Shown piece by piece: positions 30,338 through 37,571 of a DNA stretch of 64,000 bases. The notes under the pieces were generated by a model. The model did not search any database. It was given only the letters and a program-made list of their open reading frames with translations, and was not told the DNA's origin. The stretch comes from Blastocatellia bacterium. Its GTDB lineage: Bacteria; Acidobacteriota; Blastocatellia; RBC074. Both the position numbers and the translations under genes were made by a program. Positions within the stretch are counted from its first letter, which is position 1, and each line of letters starts with the position of its first letter. Location of the stretch: contig DASTMP010000173.1 of the NCBI GenBank assembly GCA_035714085.1, positions 6,170-70,169 of the forward strand, written 5' to 3'.

Positions 30338-30889
30338 ATGAGAAAAGTAGTCGTTACGATGTTCTTGACATTGGATGGCGTCATGGAAGATCCGCAGAAT
30401 TGGTCTTTCCCATACTGGAATGACGAAATTGCGAAGTTTAAAAAGGACGAGCTGTTCGCTACTGACGCGCACCTGCTGGGACGAGTGACCTATGAAGTTT
30501 TTGCAGCCGCCTGGCCATCCAGGGCAGATGAAGCGGGGTTTGCCGACAGAATGAACGGCCTTCCAAAGTACGTTGTGTCAACGACCCTGGAAAAGGCTGA
30601 GTGGAACAACTCAACGATCATCAAAGAGAATATTGCGGAAGAAGTCTCGAAGCTGAAACAACAGCCCGGCCAGGACATTTTGGTCGCCGGCAGCGCCACC
30701 CTTGCGCAAACACTGATGCGACATGACCTTACTGATGAATATCGGCTCTTAGTCTACCCCATTGTTCTGGGAAGTGGAAAGCGCCTCTTTAAAGGCGGGA
30801 GCAAAGCTGGCTTGAAACTTGTAGAAACTAAGGCATTCAGTTCAGGGGTCGTATTGCTTCGCTACCGGCCCGACGGAAAAGAACCGTAA
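30338..30889 (+). CDS. Dihydrofolate reductase-family protein (RibD C-terminal domain type)
   Basis: MRKVVVTMFLTLDGVMEDP...GRVTYEVF...ILVAGSATLAQTLMRHDLTDEYRLLVYPIVLGSGKRLF is typical of this family. Confidence 0.7.
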   Translation: MRKVVVTMFLTLDGVMEDPQNWSFPYWNDEIAKFKKDELFATDAHLLGRVTYEVFAAAWPSRADEAGFADRMNGLPKYVVSTTLEKAEWNNSTIIKENIAEEVSKLKQQPGQDILVAGSATLAQTLMRHDLTDEYRLLVYPIVLGSGKRLFKGGSKAGLKLVETKAFSSGVVLLRYRPDGKEP

Positions 30890-30893
30890 ATCC

Positions 30894-31121
30894 TCAGCGC
30901 GGGTTTTTGATCCTCTTTCCAGTCAGGCGCAGGCGCTTCTTTTGAAGACTTTGGGCGGTGAGAATGAGGCCGGCGCGGTCAATCCTTTCGAGGGCTTCGA
31001 TCTCCCGCTCGCCAAGCCCGGCCTTTGCGGCTTCGCCGCGCGGATCGGCCAGGAACCGCTCGCGCAAGTTTTCGTCAACATAGATCTTGGCGAGGAACGC
31101 TTCCAAACGCGCGGCGCTCAT
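30894..31121 (-). CDS. 75-aa Cys-free helical protein translationally coupled to the MNIO gene (Nif11-/LigA-like helical pattern; role unknown)
   Basis: ATG 31121-31119 overlaps the MNIO stop TGA 31120-31118 (ATGA). The protein is MSAARLEAFLAKIYVDENLRERFLADPRGEAAKAGLGEREIEALERIDRAGLILTAQSLQKKRLRLTGKRIKNPR. The longer ORF-track start is unlikely. Confidence 0.5.
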   Translation of the reverse strand: MSAARLEAFLAKIYVDENLRERFLADPRGEAAKAGLGEREIEALERIDRAGLILTAQSLQKKRLRLTGKRIKNPR

Positions 31122-32008
31122 GCGGCCTCCTTTTCCATTCGCTCGAATTGGCGCGACCTTCCCTCGGCCAGGGCTTCGCGGGCGCAATCCAATTGCCGAA
31201 GCAGAGTGTCAATCGGCGGATAAGCTCCATCGCGTTCCAGGATCACCGTCAACGGATTGGGAGCTAATGCGGCGAGTTCGGTCAGAAGCTGATATACCAC
31301 GTCGGGCACATCGTGCAGATGATCGTCCAGCAGGCGTCGCTTGCCGAGCGCTTCCACCCACTTTCCTCCGGCCAGATGCGCGGCGGCTATTCTCTCCGAG
31401 GGAAGCCGCTTTAAAAACTCCGCAGCGTCGTAACCGAAGTTCGTCGCGTTCGCGTGAAGGTTGTGCAGGTCGAGCAGCAGGTCGCCTGGCGATGAGTCAA
31501 TGATCCTGTTGATCCAGTCAATCTCGTCGTAATCGCTGCCAGGCGGATCAATCAGCGTGGCGATGTTTTCGACTAGAGGCGCCGCGCCTACCACCGCGCG
31601 CGCGCGTTCCAAGTTCGCCGCCGCGCCCTCGATCGTGGCGTCTGTTCGCGGAGGCGCGGCCAGATGACCTATCTCAACACCCCCGCCGCGCACAAAGGCC
31701 AGATGCTCCGACCAGTACTCAGGCTCTACCTCTTCACACAGCCTCGCTGTTTTTTCCAGGAGCTTCGCATCAACCGGGACTGATGAAGCCAGGCCCAGAC
31801 TGACGCCGTGCAATACTACCGTTGTTTGAGCCGCCAACGTGCGCAGCGCGCGCCGTTCGTCTCGCGGCGCGTCGAATAGATCGTCGGCAATCACCTCCAC
31901 AACATCAATTCGATCAAGATTCGAGAGGATGCCCACGGCCAATTCGCCGCGCCAGCCCAAGCCGACACGGTCCCGAATCGTTTTTTTCCCGGCGCTCTTA
32001 AATTTCAT
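31118..32008 (-). CDS. DUF692 / MNIO (multinuclear non-haem iron oxidase; MbnB/TglH/BufB-like) family enzyme
   Basis: The conserved blocks I remember for DUF692 are all present: VGLGWR, VLHGVSLGL, WSEHLAF, LVENIA, LLLDLHNLHANATNFGYD, AAHLAGG, LLDDHLHDVPD and ILERDG. ATG 32008-32006 overlaps the upstream stop (ATGA). Confidence 0.8.
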   Translation of the reverse strand: MKFKSAGKKTIRDRVGLGWRGELAVGILSNLDRIDVVEVIADDLFDAPRDERRALRTLAAQTTVVLHGVSLGLASSVPVDAKLLEKTARLCEEVEPEYWSEHLAFVRGGGVEIGHLAAPPRTDATIEGAAANLERARAVVGAAPLVENIATLIDPPGSDYDEIDWINRIIDSSPGDLLLDLHNLHANATNFGYDAAEFLKRLPSERIAAAHLAGGKWVEALGKRRLLDDHLHDVPDVVYQLLTELAALAPNPLTVILERDGAYPPIDTLLRQLDCAREALAEGRSRQFERMEKEAA

Positions 32009-32922
32009 GATGATCCGCAGCCCCCACAGCCCCCGCCGCCACAACCGCTTCCCCCATCCGAAGAACCGCCACAGCTACTCCCTCCGTCCGAAGAGCTGCA
32101 AGATGAAGATGAATCGGACGAACCGCATGACGATCCGCAAGAAGAACTACTTGTCGCTTGAGGGAAGAGAGTTCGCGCATATCCGAATGGAGTCGTCGCA
32201 AGAGCCGTGACTCCGAAGACCGCGGCGAACATCGCCAATTCCGCGGATGCGCTGCCCGGACTGAATGAATTGACTTGTGTTCTCAACCCTGAGTAGAGAT
32301 TCGCGATGTCCGCCAACGTCGCCTTGCCGCGAGCGGTCAGACGCGGGAAAGAGGAGAAGGCGGCGATGGCCATTGCGGCGATCATCATCACAACGAGGAA
32401 GCCCACAGGTCTCTCTCTCGAAAGGCCAATCACGATTTTGATCACGCCGACAACCCCCAAAGCCATCAATGCCAGCAGCAACCGCATCAGCCGGTCGCGA
32501 CGGACGGCGGCGTCGGGCATCAGCCCCGCGCGTTCCAATTTGTCGCGGTAAGGTCGGAGCAGCGACTTCAAGTTGTCATCTTTGAAGATGGATGGCGCCT
32601 CGCCCGGATCGCCGAACTTTTTCAACACCTCATACTCAATCGGGTGTTTAACCATATCGTTGGTCACGTGATCGGCGCGGCGGATGATCTGGTCATCCAT
32701 GGCCAACAGCCCACGGTCAACAAGCGAGATCACCGCCACACGCAAAGCTTCGTCCTCGCCGCCGCGCAAATAGGCGACCAGATATGGATCACCCAGGTCT
32801 ATCTTTGGCGCAGGGCCGGATTCCGCGCGGCGTCGCAGAATGGCGATCGCTAAGAAGACGACCAGGCTGAAGCAGAAATATAAGAGGAGAAATTCAGGGC
32901 CGCCTAGATCGAAAGGATTCAT
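32005..32922 (-). CDS. TIGR04222-type membrane protein with a C-terminal Cys/Ser/Gly-rich tail
   Basis: The N-terminus NPFDLGGPEFLLLYFCFSLVVFLAIAILRRR plus DPYLVAYLRGGEDEALRVAVISLVDRGLL is the TIGR04222 signature as I remember it. There are 3-4 hydrophobic segments. The last 49 aa are TSSSSCGSSCGSSDSSSSCSSSDGGSSCGGSSDGGSGCGGGGCGGCGSS. ATG 32922 has a GGAGGTG RBS. Confidence 0.7.
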   Translation of the reverse strand: MNPFDLGGPEFLLLYFCFSLVVFLAIAILRRRAESGPAPKIDLGDPYLVAYLRGGEDEALRVAVISLVDRGLLAMDDQIIRRADHVTNDMVKHPIEYEVLKKFGDPGEAPSIFKDDNLKSLLRPYRDKLERAGLMPDAAVRRDRLMRLLLALMALGVVGVIKIVIGLSRERPVGFLVVMMIAAMAIAAFSSFPRLTARGKATLADIANLYSGLRTQVNSFSPGSASAELAMFAAVFGVTALATTPFGYARTLFPQATSSSSCGSSCGSSDSSSSCSSSDGGSSCGGSSDGGSGCGGGGCGGCGSS

Positions 32923-33236
32923 GGACACCTCCTGTTTAGCATTCTACGTTCGCGCAATTCCCGGCGTACGTTAAATCCAGGTTAGGTGTTCAAGTATGGA
33001 CCAATCATGCTTCAACGAGAAAGCGTTTCACATTATTCCGAGCTCGGCTTTGATAAATTCCTTTCAGCGGGATTGTGCGGCTCGGCTTCATGCAATTGGA
33101 GAAAGCGCCCCAACCCATGGCTATTTGATAGCCTTTGATTGCCAGGGATGAGCGTTCTCGGTTACATTCGCCCTGCTTCAAATCGCAACATTCCAGAACT
33201 ATTGTCATCGGCAGATTGGAATAAAAGGACGGTGTG

Positions 33237-34565
33237 ATGATGCGTCTCAAAGCCTTATTGATCAGCTTTTGTTTGTTCCTTGCCTGTGTCGGCTTCGCAG
33301 CCTTCGGAATTGACGAACCTTCGGCGGGTCAAGCCTCGACTTCCGCCGGAGTGAAGGCGTTTGTCGGCGCGCGCCTCATTGACGGCGCCGGTAGGCCCGC
33401 CGTCGAAAACGCGGCGCTGATAGTGCGCGATGGCAGAGTGGAAGCGGTCGGACCGGCCTCAGAAGTAAAGCCTCCCGCCGGCGCCCAAACGATCAACCTG
33501 ACAGGCAAATTCATCATTCCCGGCCTGATCTCGACGCACGTCCACATCTCCGACGTTCAGGGCTTGCGGCCTCCCGCTTACACTGACGAAAACACAATGC
33601 GCCAGCTCGGCGTCTTCGCGCGTTATGGCGTCACGACTGTCCAGAGCCTGGGCGGAGAGAAGGAACCGGCCTTCAAGGCGCGCGAGGCGCAGAACACGCC
33701 ACAGCTTGATCGGGCGCGAATTTACCTGGCGGGAGACGTCATCACCGGCAAGGAGCCGCAGGAAGCCCGGCAAATGGCGGCCCGTGTCGCCGCCGCGAAA
33801 CCCGACATCATCAAGATTCGCGTCGACGACAACCTCGGCGCGACGGCCAAGATGCCGCCCGAAGTCTATCGCGCGATCATCGATGAAGCTCATCAACGGG
33901 GGTTTCGCGTCGCGGCCCACATTTTCTATCTCGAAGACGCAAAAGACCTGCTGCGCGCCGGCGCCGACTTCATCGCCCACAGCGTGCGCGACAAGGAGAT
34001 TGACGATGAGTTCATCTCGTTGATGAAAAAGCGCGACATTCCATACTGTCCCACGCTGACGCGCGAACTCTCGGCCTTCGTCTATGAATCTACGCCCTCG
34101 TTCTTCTCCGATCCTCTCTTCCTGCGCGAAGCCGACCGCGAAGTGGTGGCCCAGTTGCAGGAGCCGCAGCGCCAGGAGGCGATGCGAAAATCGGCGACCG
34201 CTCAGCGCTATAAGGCGGCGCTCACTGTCGCCCTGCGAAATCTCAAGAAAGCGGTCGACTCCGGACTTATGGTAGTGATGGGCACTGACGCCGGCGCTTT
34301 CGCCAACCGCTTCCAGGGCTATTTCGAGCATCTCGAAATGGAGATGATGGCCGAAGCCGGACTCACGCCCACGCAAATTCTGCGTTCCGCCACCGGCGCC
34401 GCCGCCCGCGCGATGCGGGTTGAGGGGATCGGCGCGATAACGAAAGGCGCGTGGGCCGATTTCGTAGTGCTGGAGCGAGACCCTTTGAAAGATATCCGCA
34501 ACACCCGCGGCATCGCTTCAGTCTGGATCGCAGGAAACCAGGTCAGGGGAATCGAGCCACGGTGA
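33237..34565 (+). CDS. Secreted amidohydrolase-family metallohydrolase
   Basis: It has a signal peptide, the metal motif PGLISTHVHI (HxH), a later HS.. His and a GTDAG Asp region. The ORF-track start 33234 is GTG and ATG follows at 33237. Confidence 0.75.
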   Translation: MMRLKALLISFCLFLACVGFAAFGIDEPSAGQASTSAGVKAFVGARLIDGAGRPAVENAALIVRDGRVEAVGPASEVKPPAGAQTINLTGKFIIPGLISTHVHISDVQGLRPPAYTDENTMRQLGVFARYGVTTVQSLGGEKEPAFKAREAQNTPQLDRARIYLAGDVITGKEPQEARQMAARVAAAKPDIIKIRVDDNLGATAKMPPEVYRAIIDEAHQRGFRVAAHIFYLEDAKDLLRAGADFIAHSVRDKEIDDEFISLMKKRDIPYCPTLTRELSAFVYESTPSFFSDPLFLREADREVVAQLQEPQRQEAMRKSATAQRYKAALTVALRNLKKAVDSGLMVVMGTDAGAFANRFQGYFEHLEMEMMAEAGLTPTQILRSATGAAARAMRVEGIGAITKGAWADFVVLERDPLKDIRNTRGIASVWIAGNQVRGIEPR

Positions 34566-34659
34566 GTTGTACGGTACGGGGAGCGTTAGCGACTTGAGCA
34601 TCGATCATGACACCTCTTGATCAAAGCCCAGGTCGCTAACGCTCCCCGCACCGTACAAC
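34566..34659. repeat. REP-like palindromic element, family A (28-bp arms, 1 mismatch), immediately after the amidohydrolase stop
   Basis: Arm gttgtacggtacggggagcgttagcgac at 34566-34593 pairs with 34632-34659. The core acggtacggggagcgt[g/t]agcgac is shared with 1447-1529. Confidence 0.85.
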
Positions 34660-34723
34660 CTGCCTTCTGTCAATTATTCTCAAAAGATTTCTGCAGTTGC
34701 GCGCTTAATAATTGCAATCAGTC

Positions 34724-36142
34724 ATGAAAACGTTCCTACTCACATCAACATTCTTGCTGATCTCTGTTCCGGTCGCTTTAGCGACAAGAGTCTCTCCGCC
34801 TTCGCCCGTGGCGCCGACGCCAACGCGGGCGCAACTGGCCTGGCAGCAGTTGGAATATTACGCCTTCATCCATTTTGGCATGAACACCTTTACCGATCAC
34901 GAATGGGGCGAAGGGCGCGCAAGCGCCGACAATTTCAATCCTACGGCGCTCGATTGCAGACAATGGGCGCGCGTCGTGAAGGCCGCCGGGATGAAGGGAA
35001 TCATCATCACGGCGAAGCATCATGACGGCTTCTGCTTGTGGCCGTCGAGCACGACCGAGTATTCGGTCAAAAATTCGAAATGGCGCGACGGGCGCGGGGA
35101 CGTGTTGAAGGAGTTGTCGGAGGCTTGCAAAGAATTCGGATTGAAGTTCGGCGTCTACATCTCGCCGTGGGATCGCAATCATCCGCTATACGGCGCGCCG
35201 AAATACAACCGCGTCTTCAAGGATCAATGGCGCGAGATCGGCTCCCGATACGGCGAGGTCTTCGAATCGTGGCTCGACGGCGCGAACGACGGCAAGAAGC
35301 GGATGGTTTACGACTTCCACGGCTTCTTCGAGACCATCAAAAGCATGCAACCCAACACCCTGATTTTCAGCGACGCAGGCCCCGACATCCGCTGGGTGGG
35401 CAACGAGCGGGGCTTAGCGGGCGAGACCAACTGGTCGCCGCGCGACAATGAAGGGACCTTCCCCGGTTTTGCCGACGAAAAGGCTTTGAACGTCGGCGAC
35501 GAAAACGGGACCGTCTGGCTCCCGGCCGAATGCGATGTTTCGATCCGACCGGGCTGGTTCTACCATGCCAACGAAGACGACAAACTGAAATCGGTCGGGC
35601 AGTTGATGAACATCTACTGCGGCTCAGTCGGACGCAACGCCAATCTGCTGCTCAACATCGGCGTCGATCGTCGAGGACTGGTCAACGAAAACGACGAGCG
35701 GCGGTTGATGGAATTCAAACGCGCTCGCGACGAGGCGTTTCGAAACAATCTGGCTAAAGGCAAAATCAACGCGACCAACTTTCGCGGAAATGACGCGCGC
35801 TTCAACGCCGAAAAGGCGATCGACGGGAATGCGGCCACCTACTGGGCGACCGATGACGGCGTGACCACGGCTTCGATCGAACTCGATTTCGGGCGCGAGG
35901 TCGAGTTCAACACTTTCCTGGCGCAAGAGAACATCGCGCTCGGTCAGCGAGTGAAGAAATTTTCGCTTGAGATCTGGAGCGGAGGAGGCTGGGAGACCGT
36001 CGCGCGGCAAACAACCATCGGCCACAAGCGCATCCTGCGCTTCCCCGCGGTCAAGACCGTCAAGCTGAAGCTCAACATCGAAGCGGCCAAGGCCTGCCCG
36101 ACCATCACGAACGTCGAAATTTACAACTCGCCGTCGCCATAA
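34724..36142 (+). CDS. Alpha-L-fucosidase (GH29) with C-terminal F5/8 type C (discoidin) domain
   Basis: Motifs are YAFIHFGMNTFTDHEWGEG, ITAKHHDGFCLWPS and WLDGAN. The C-terminal AIDGNAATYWATDD is discoidin-like. ATG 34724 (MKTFLLTS, signal) is preferred over TTG 34712. Confidence 0.85.
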   Translation: MKTFLLTSTFLLISVPVALATRVSPPSPVAPTPTRAQLAWQQLEYYAFIHFGMNTFTDHEWGEGRASADNFNPTALDCRQWARVVKAAGMKGIIITAKHHDGFCLWPSSTTEYSVKNSKWRDGRGDVLKELSEACKEFGLKFGVYISPWDRNHPLYGAPKYNRVFKDQWREIGSRYGEVFESWLDGANDGKKRMVYDFHGFFETIKSMQPNTLIFSDAGPDIRWVGNERGLAGETNWSPRDNEGTFPGFADEKALNVGDENGTVWLPAECDVSIRPGWFYHANEDDKLKSVGQLMNIYCGSVGRNANLLLNIGVDRRGLVNENDERRLMEFKRARDEAFRNNLAKGKINATNFRGNDARFNAEKAIDGNAATYWATDDGVTTASIELDFGREVEFNTFLAQENIALGQRVKKFSLEIWSGGGWETVARQTTIGHKRILRFPAVKTVKLKLNIEAAKACPTITNVEIYNSPSP

Positions 36143-36155
36143 CGTTCACTCTTAT

Positions 36156-36243
36156 CCGAAAATCAACCACGAAGAAACGAAGAGCGCGAAGGTTTTCCTA
36201 CGTTCTTTCTTCGTTTCTTCGTTTTTTCGTGGTTGATTTTCGG
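36156..36243. repeat. Imperfect long palindrome (18-bp perfect outer arms ccgaaaatcaaccacgaa / ttcgtggttgattttcgg) between convergent genes; probable bidirectional terminator/REP
   Basis: 36156-36173 is the reverse complement of 36226-36243. The inner GAAACGAAG/CTTCGTTTC units are partly duplicated. Confidence 0.75.
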
Positions 36244-36282
36244 TATTCTGGGTATCGCTCACTACGGCATGAACGACTTCCT

Positions 36283-37164
36283 TCAATCCTTTGGCGCTTG
36301 GTGTTGAATGGCGCTCCCATGTCTGCAGTCGAACACTCCTTCGCCGGGCGGCGCAGTCTGCTGTTCGTAGTCGCTCTGAACCATAAAGAATAGGTATTGG
36401 GTTCGCGCACGCGCGGAGCCGGCGGGGACTCGAGCTTTATCGCTGCGGAAGCGCAACCGCACGGAGACTAAGTGTCGCGCCATTCGCAGTTCGTCGCCGA
36501 AATACTGATCGCGCAGCGGCAGCCCCAATTCCGCCCGCGCCCGGTTGAGCGTCTCCTCGCACTCGCCCAGCTCGTCAAAGCTCGCCGCGTCCTTGTAGCC
36601 CAGCCCATGCAACAACTCATGCAGCGTCGTGAAGCCGATATCGAAAGAGTCCCGCACCTCGCGCGGCGCCTGCATCTGGCGGAAATCGTCGAAGTCAAGC
36701 CGCAAGCGCCAGACCACCAGGCGCAAGCCCGTTACGGCGTCTTCGTAGCGCAACCCTTCATTCAATTGACCGAAATTCACCGAAGGCGAACCGGAGTGGT
36801 CCTCGATGATGAATACGAACCCCGAGCCTAGCGAACGGGAGAGCATCCGCCTGGCGGCCGCCGATCCTCCGGATTGGGCGGATTGGGCGGATTGGGCGGA
36901 TTGGGCGGATTGCGCGGCGCCAGGCGCCAGCGAGCCGTCTTTCGCAAAATGGAGTTCGCTGAATCCGGTGATGCGGCGCAGGCTTCGCGTCAATTCCTCG
37001 ACGTGGGCGTCGGAAGGTTTGTACCCTGCGCCGCTCAACCAGACGCCGGGCATCTTTGGAAACGCCGACTGCGCGAATGCGATTCCGGTCAATAAAAACA
37101 ATACGGCCATCGCGCCGGCTGCAATATACACACTCCGGCGCGTCATCATTTTAAACGTTTTCAT
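36283..37164 (-). CDS. Secreted hypothetical protein with HExxH motif and (AQS)n repeat
   Basis: It has a signal peptide (VYIAAGAMAVLFLLTGIAFA), TTLHELLHGLGY (HExxH) and the repeat SAQSAQSAQSAQSAQS encoded by a 9-bp tandem repeat. Confidence 0.5.
   Translation of the reverse strand: MKTFKMMTRRSVYIAAGAMAVLFLLTGIAFAQSAFPKMPGVWLSGAGYKPSDAHVEELTRSLRRITGFSELHFAKDGSLAPGAAQSAQSAQSAQSAQSGGSAAARRMLSRSLGSGFVFIIEDHSGSPSVNFGQLNEGLRYEDAVTGLRLVVWRLRLDFDDFRQMQAPREVRDSFDIGFTTLHELLHGLGYKDAASFDELGECEETLNRARAELGLPLRDQYFGDELRMARHLVSVRLRFRSDKARVPAGSARARTQYLFFMVQSDYEQQTAPPGEGVFDCRHGSAIQHQAPKD
36871..36915. repeat. 9-bp tandem repeat, 5 units (4x ggattgggc + 1x ggattgcgc), in frame within the CDS
   Basis: This was read directly from the sequence. 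It encodes (AQS)5 on the minus strand. Confidence 0.9.
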
Positions 37165-37322
37165 CCCTCACTTCTCCTGCTTGATGTTATTTACCGTCGA
37201 TCATTGATTGCCTGGCGCTAGTTGCGGCTCTATGGCGATCCGCCCAGGTTTTGCAGCGTAGGGCCTGGCCTTTAGCTTCGCTTAAAGCGTGTTTCAAATC
37301 ACGCTCAACTTTTCGGCGCCGC

Positions 37323-37382
37323 TACCGCGCGCGCCAGCAAGCGGTTGCTCGTAGAAGCGCCCGCTTGCTGACGCGCGCGGTA
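37323..37382. repeat. REP-like palindromic element, family B (22-bp arms, 1 mismatch, 16-nt loop)
   Basis: Arm taccgcgcgcgccagcaagcgg at 37323-37344 pairs with ccgcttgctgacgcgcgcggta at 37361-37382. It lies in an about 400-bp intergenic region. Confidence 0.8.
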
Positions 37383-37571
37383 CGGTGCAAGACCGCAAGC
37401 TTTATGCCGGGAGATCAGCGACGTGGCCGATTCGATGTAAGTTTCATTGATTCAGCGCGCTAGCGCTGGATGAGTAGGCTGAAGACGTTTGGCGCGGTCG
37501 AACAATGTTGTATTTCAGGGCGACAAAACCGTTGCATGTGACCCCGAATCCGACAAGTTCGGCGCCGGTCT

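Noticed and set aside
33005-33250. An 81-aa minus-strand ORF in the divergent intergenic region upstream of the MNIO operon
   Set aside because: It has no RBS and odd composition, and it overlaps the amidohydrolase start. It is likely non-coding promoter DNA.
33459-34376. A 305-aa minus-strand ORF opposite the amidohydrolase gene; also 26118-26804 and 26345-26938 opposite the FtsX permease
   Set aside because: The same reasoning applies: these are antisense frames of GC-rich genes with no recognisable domains.
36871-36915. Possible CRISPR-like or regulatory repeat array
   Set aside because: The units are 9 bp, contiguous without spacers, and in frame inside a CDS. This is a coding tandem repeat, not a CRISPR array. 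No CRISPR array or cas gene was seen anywhere in the window.
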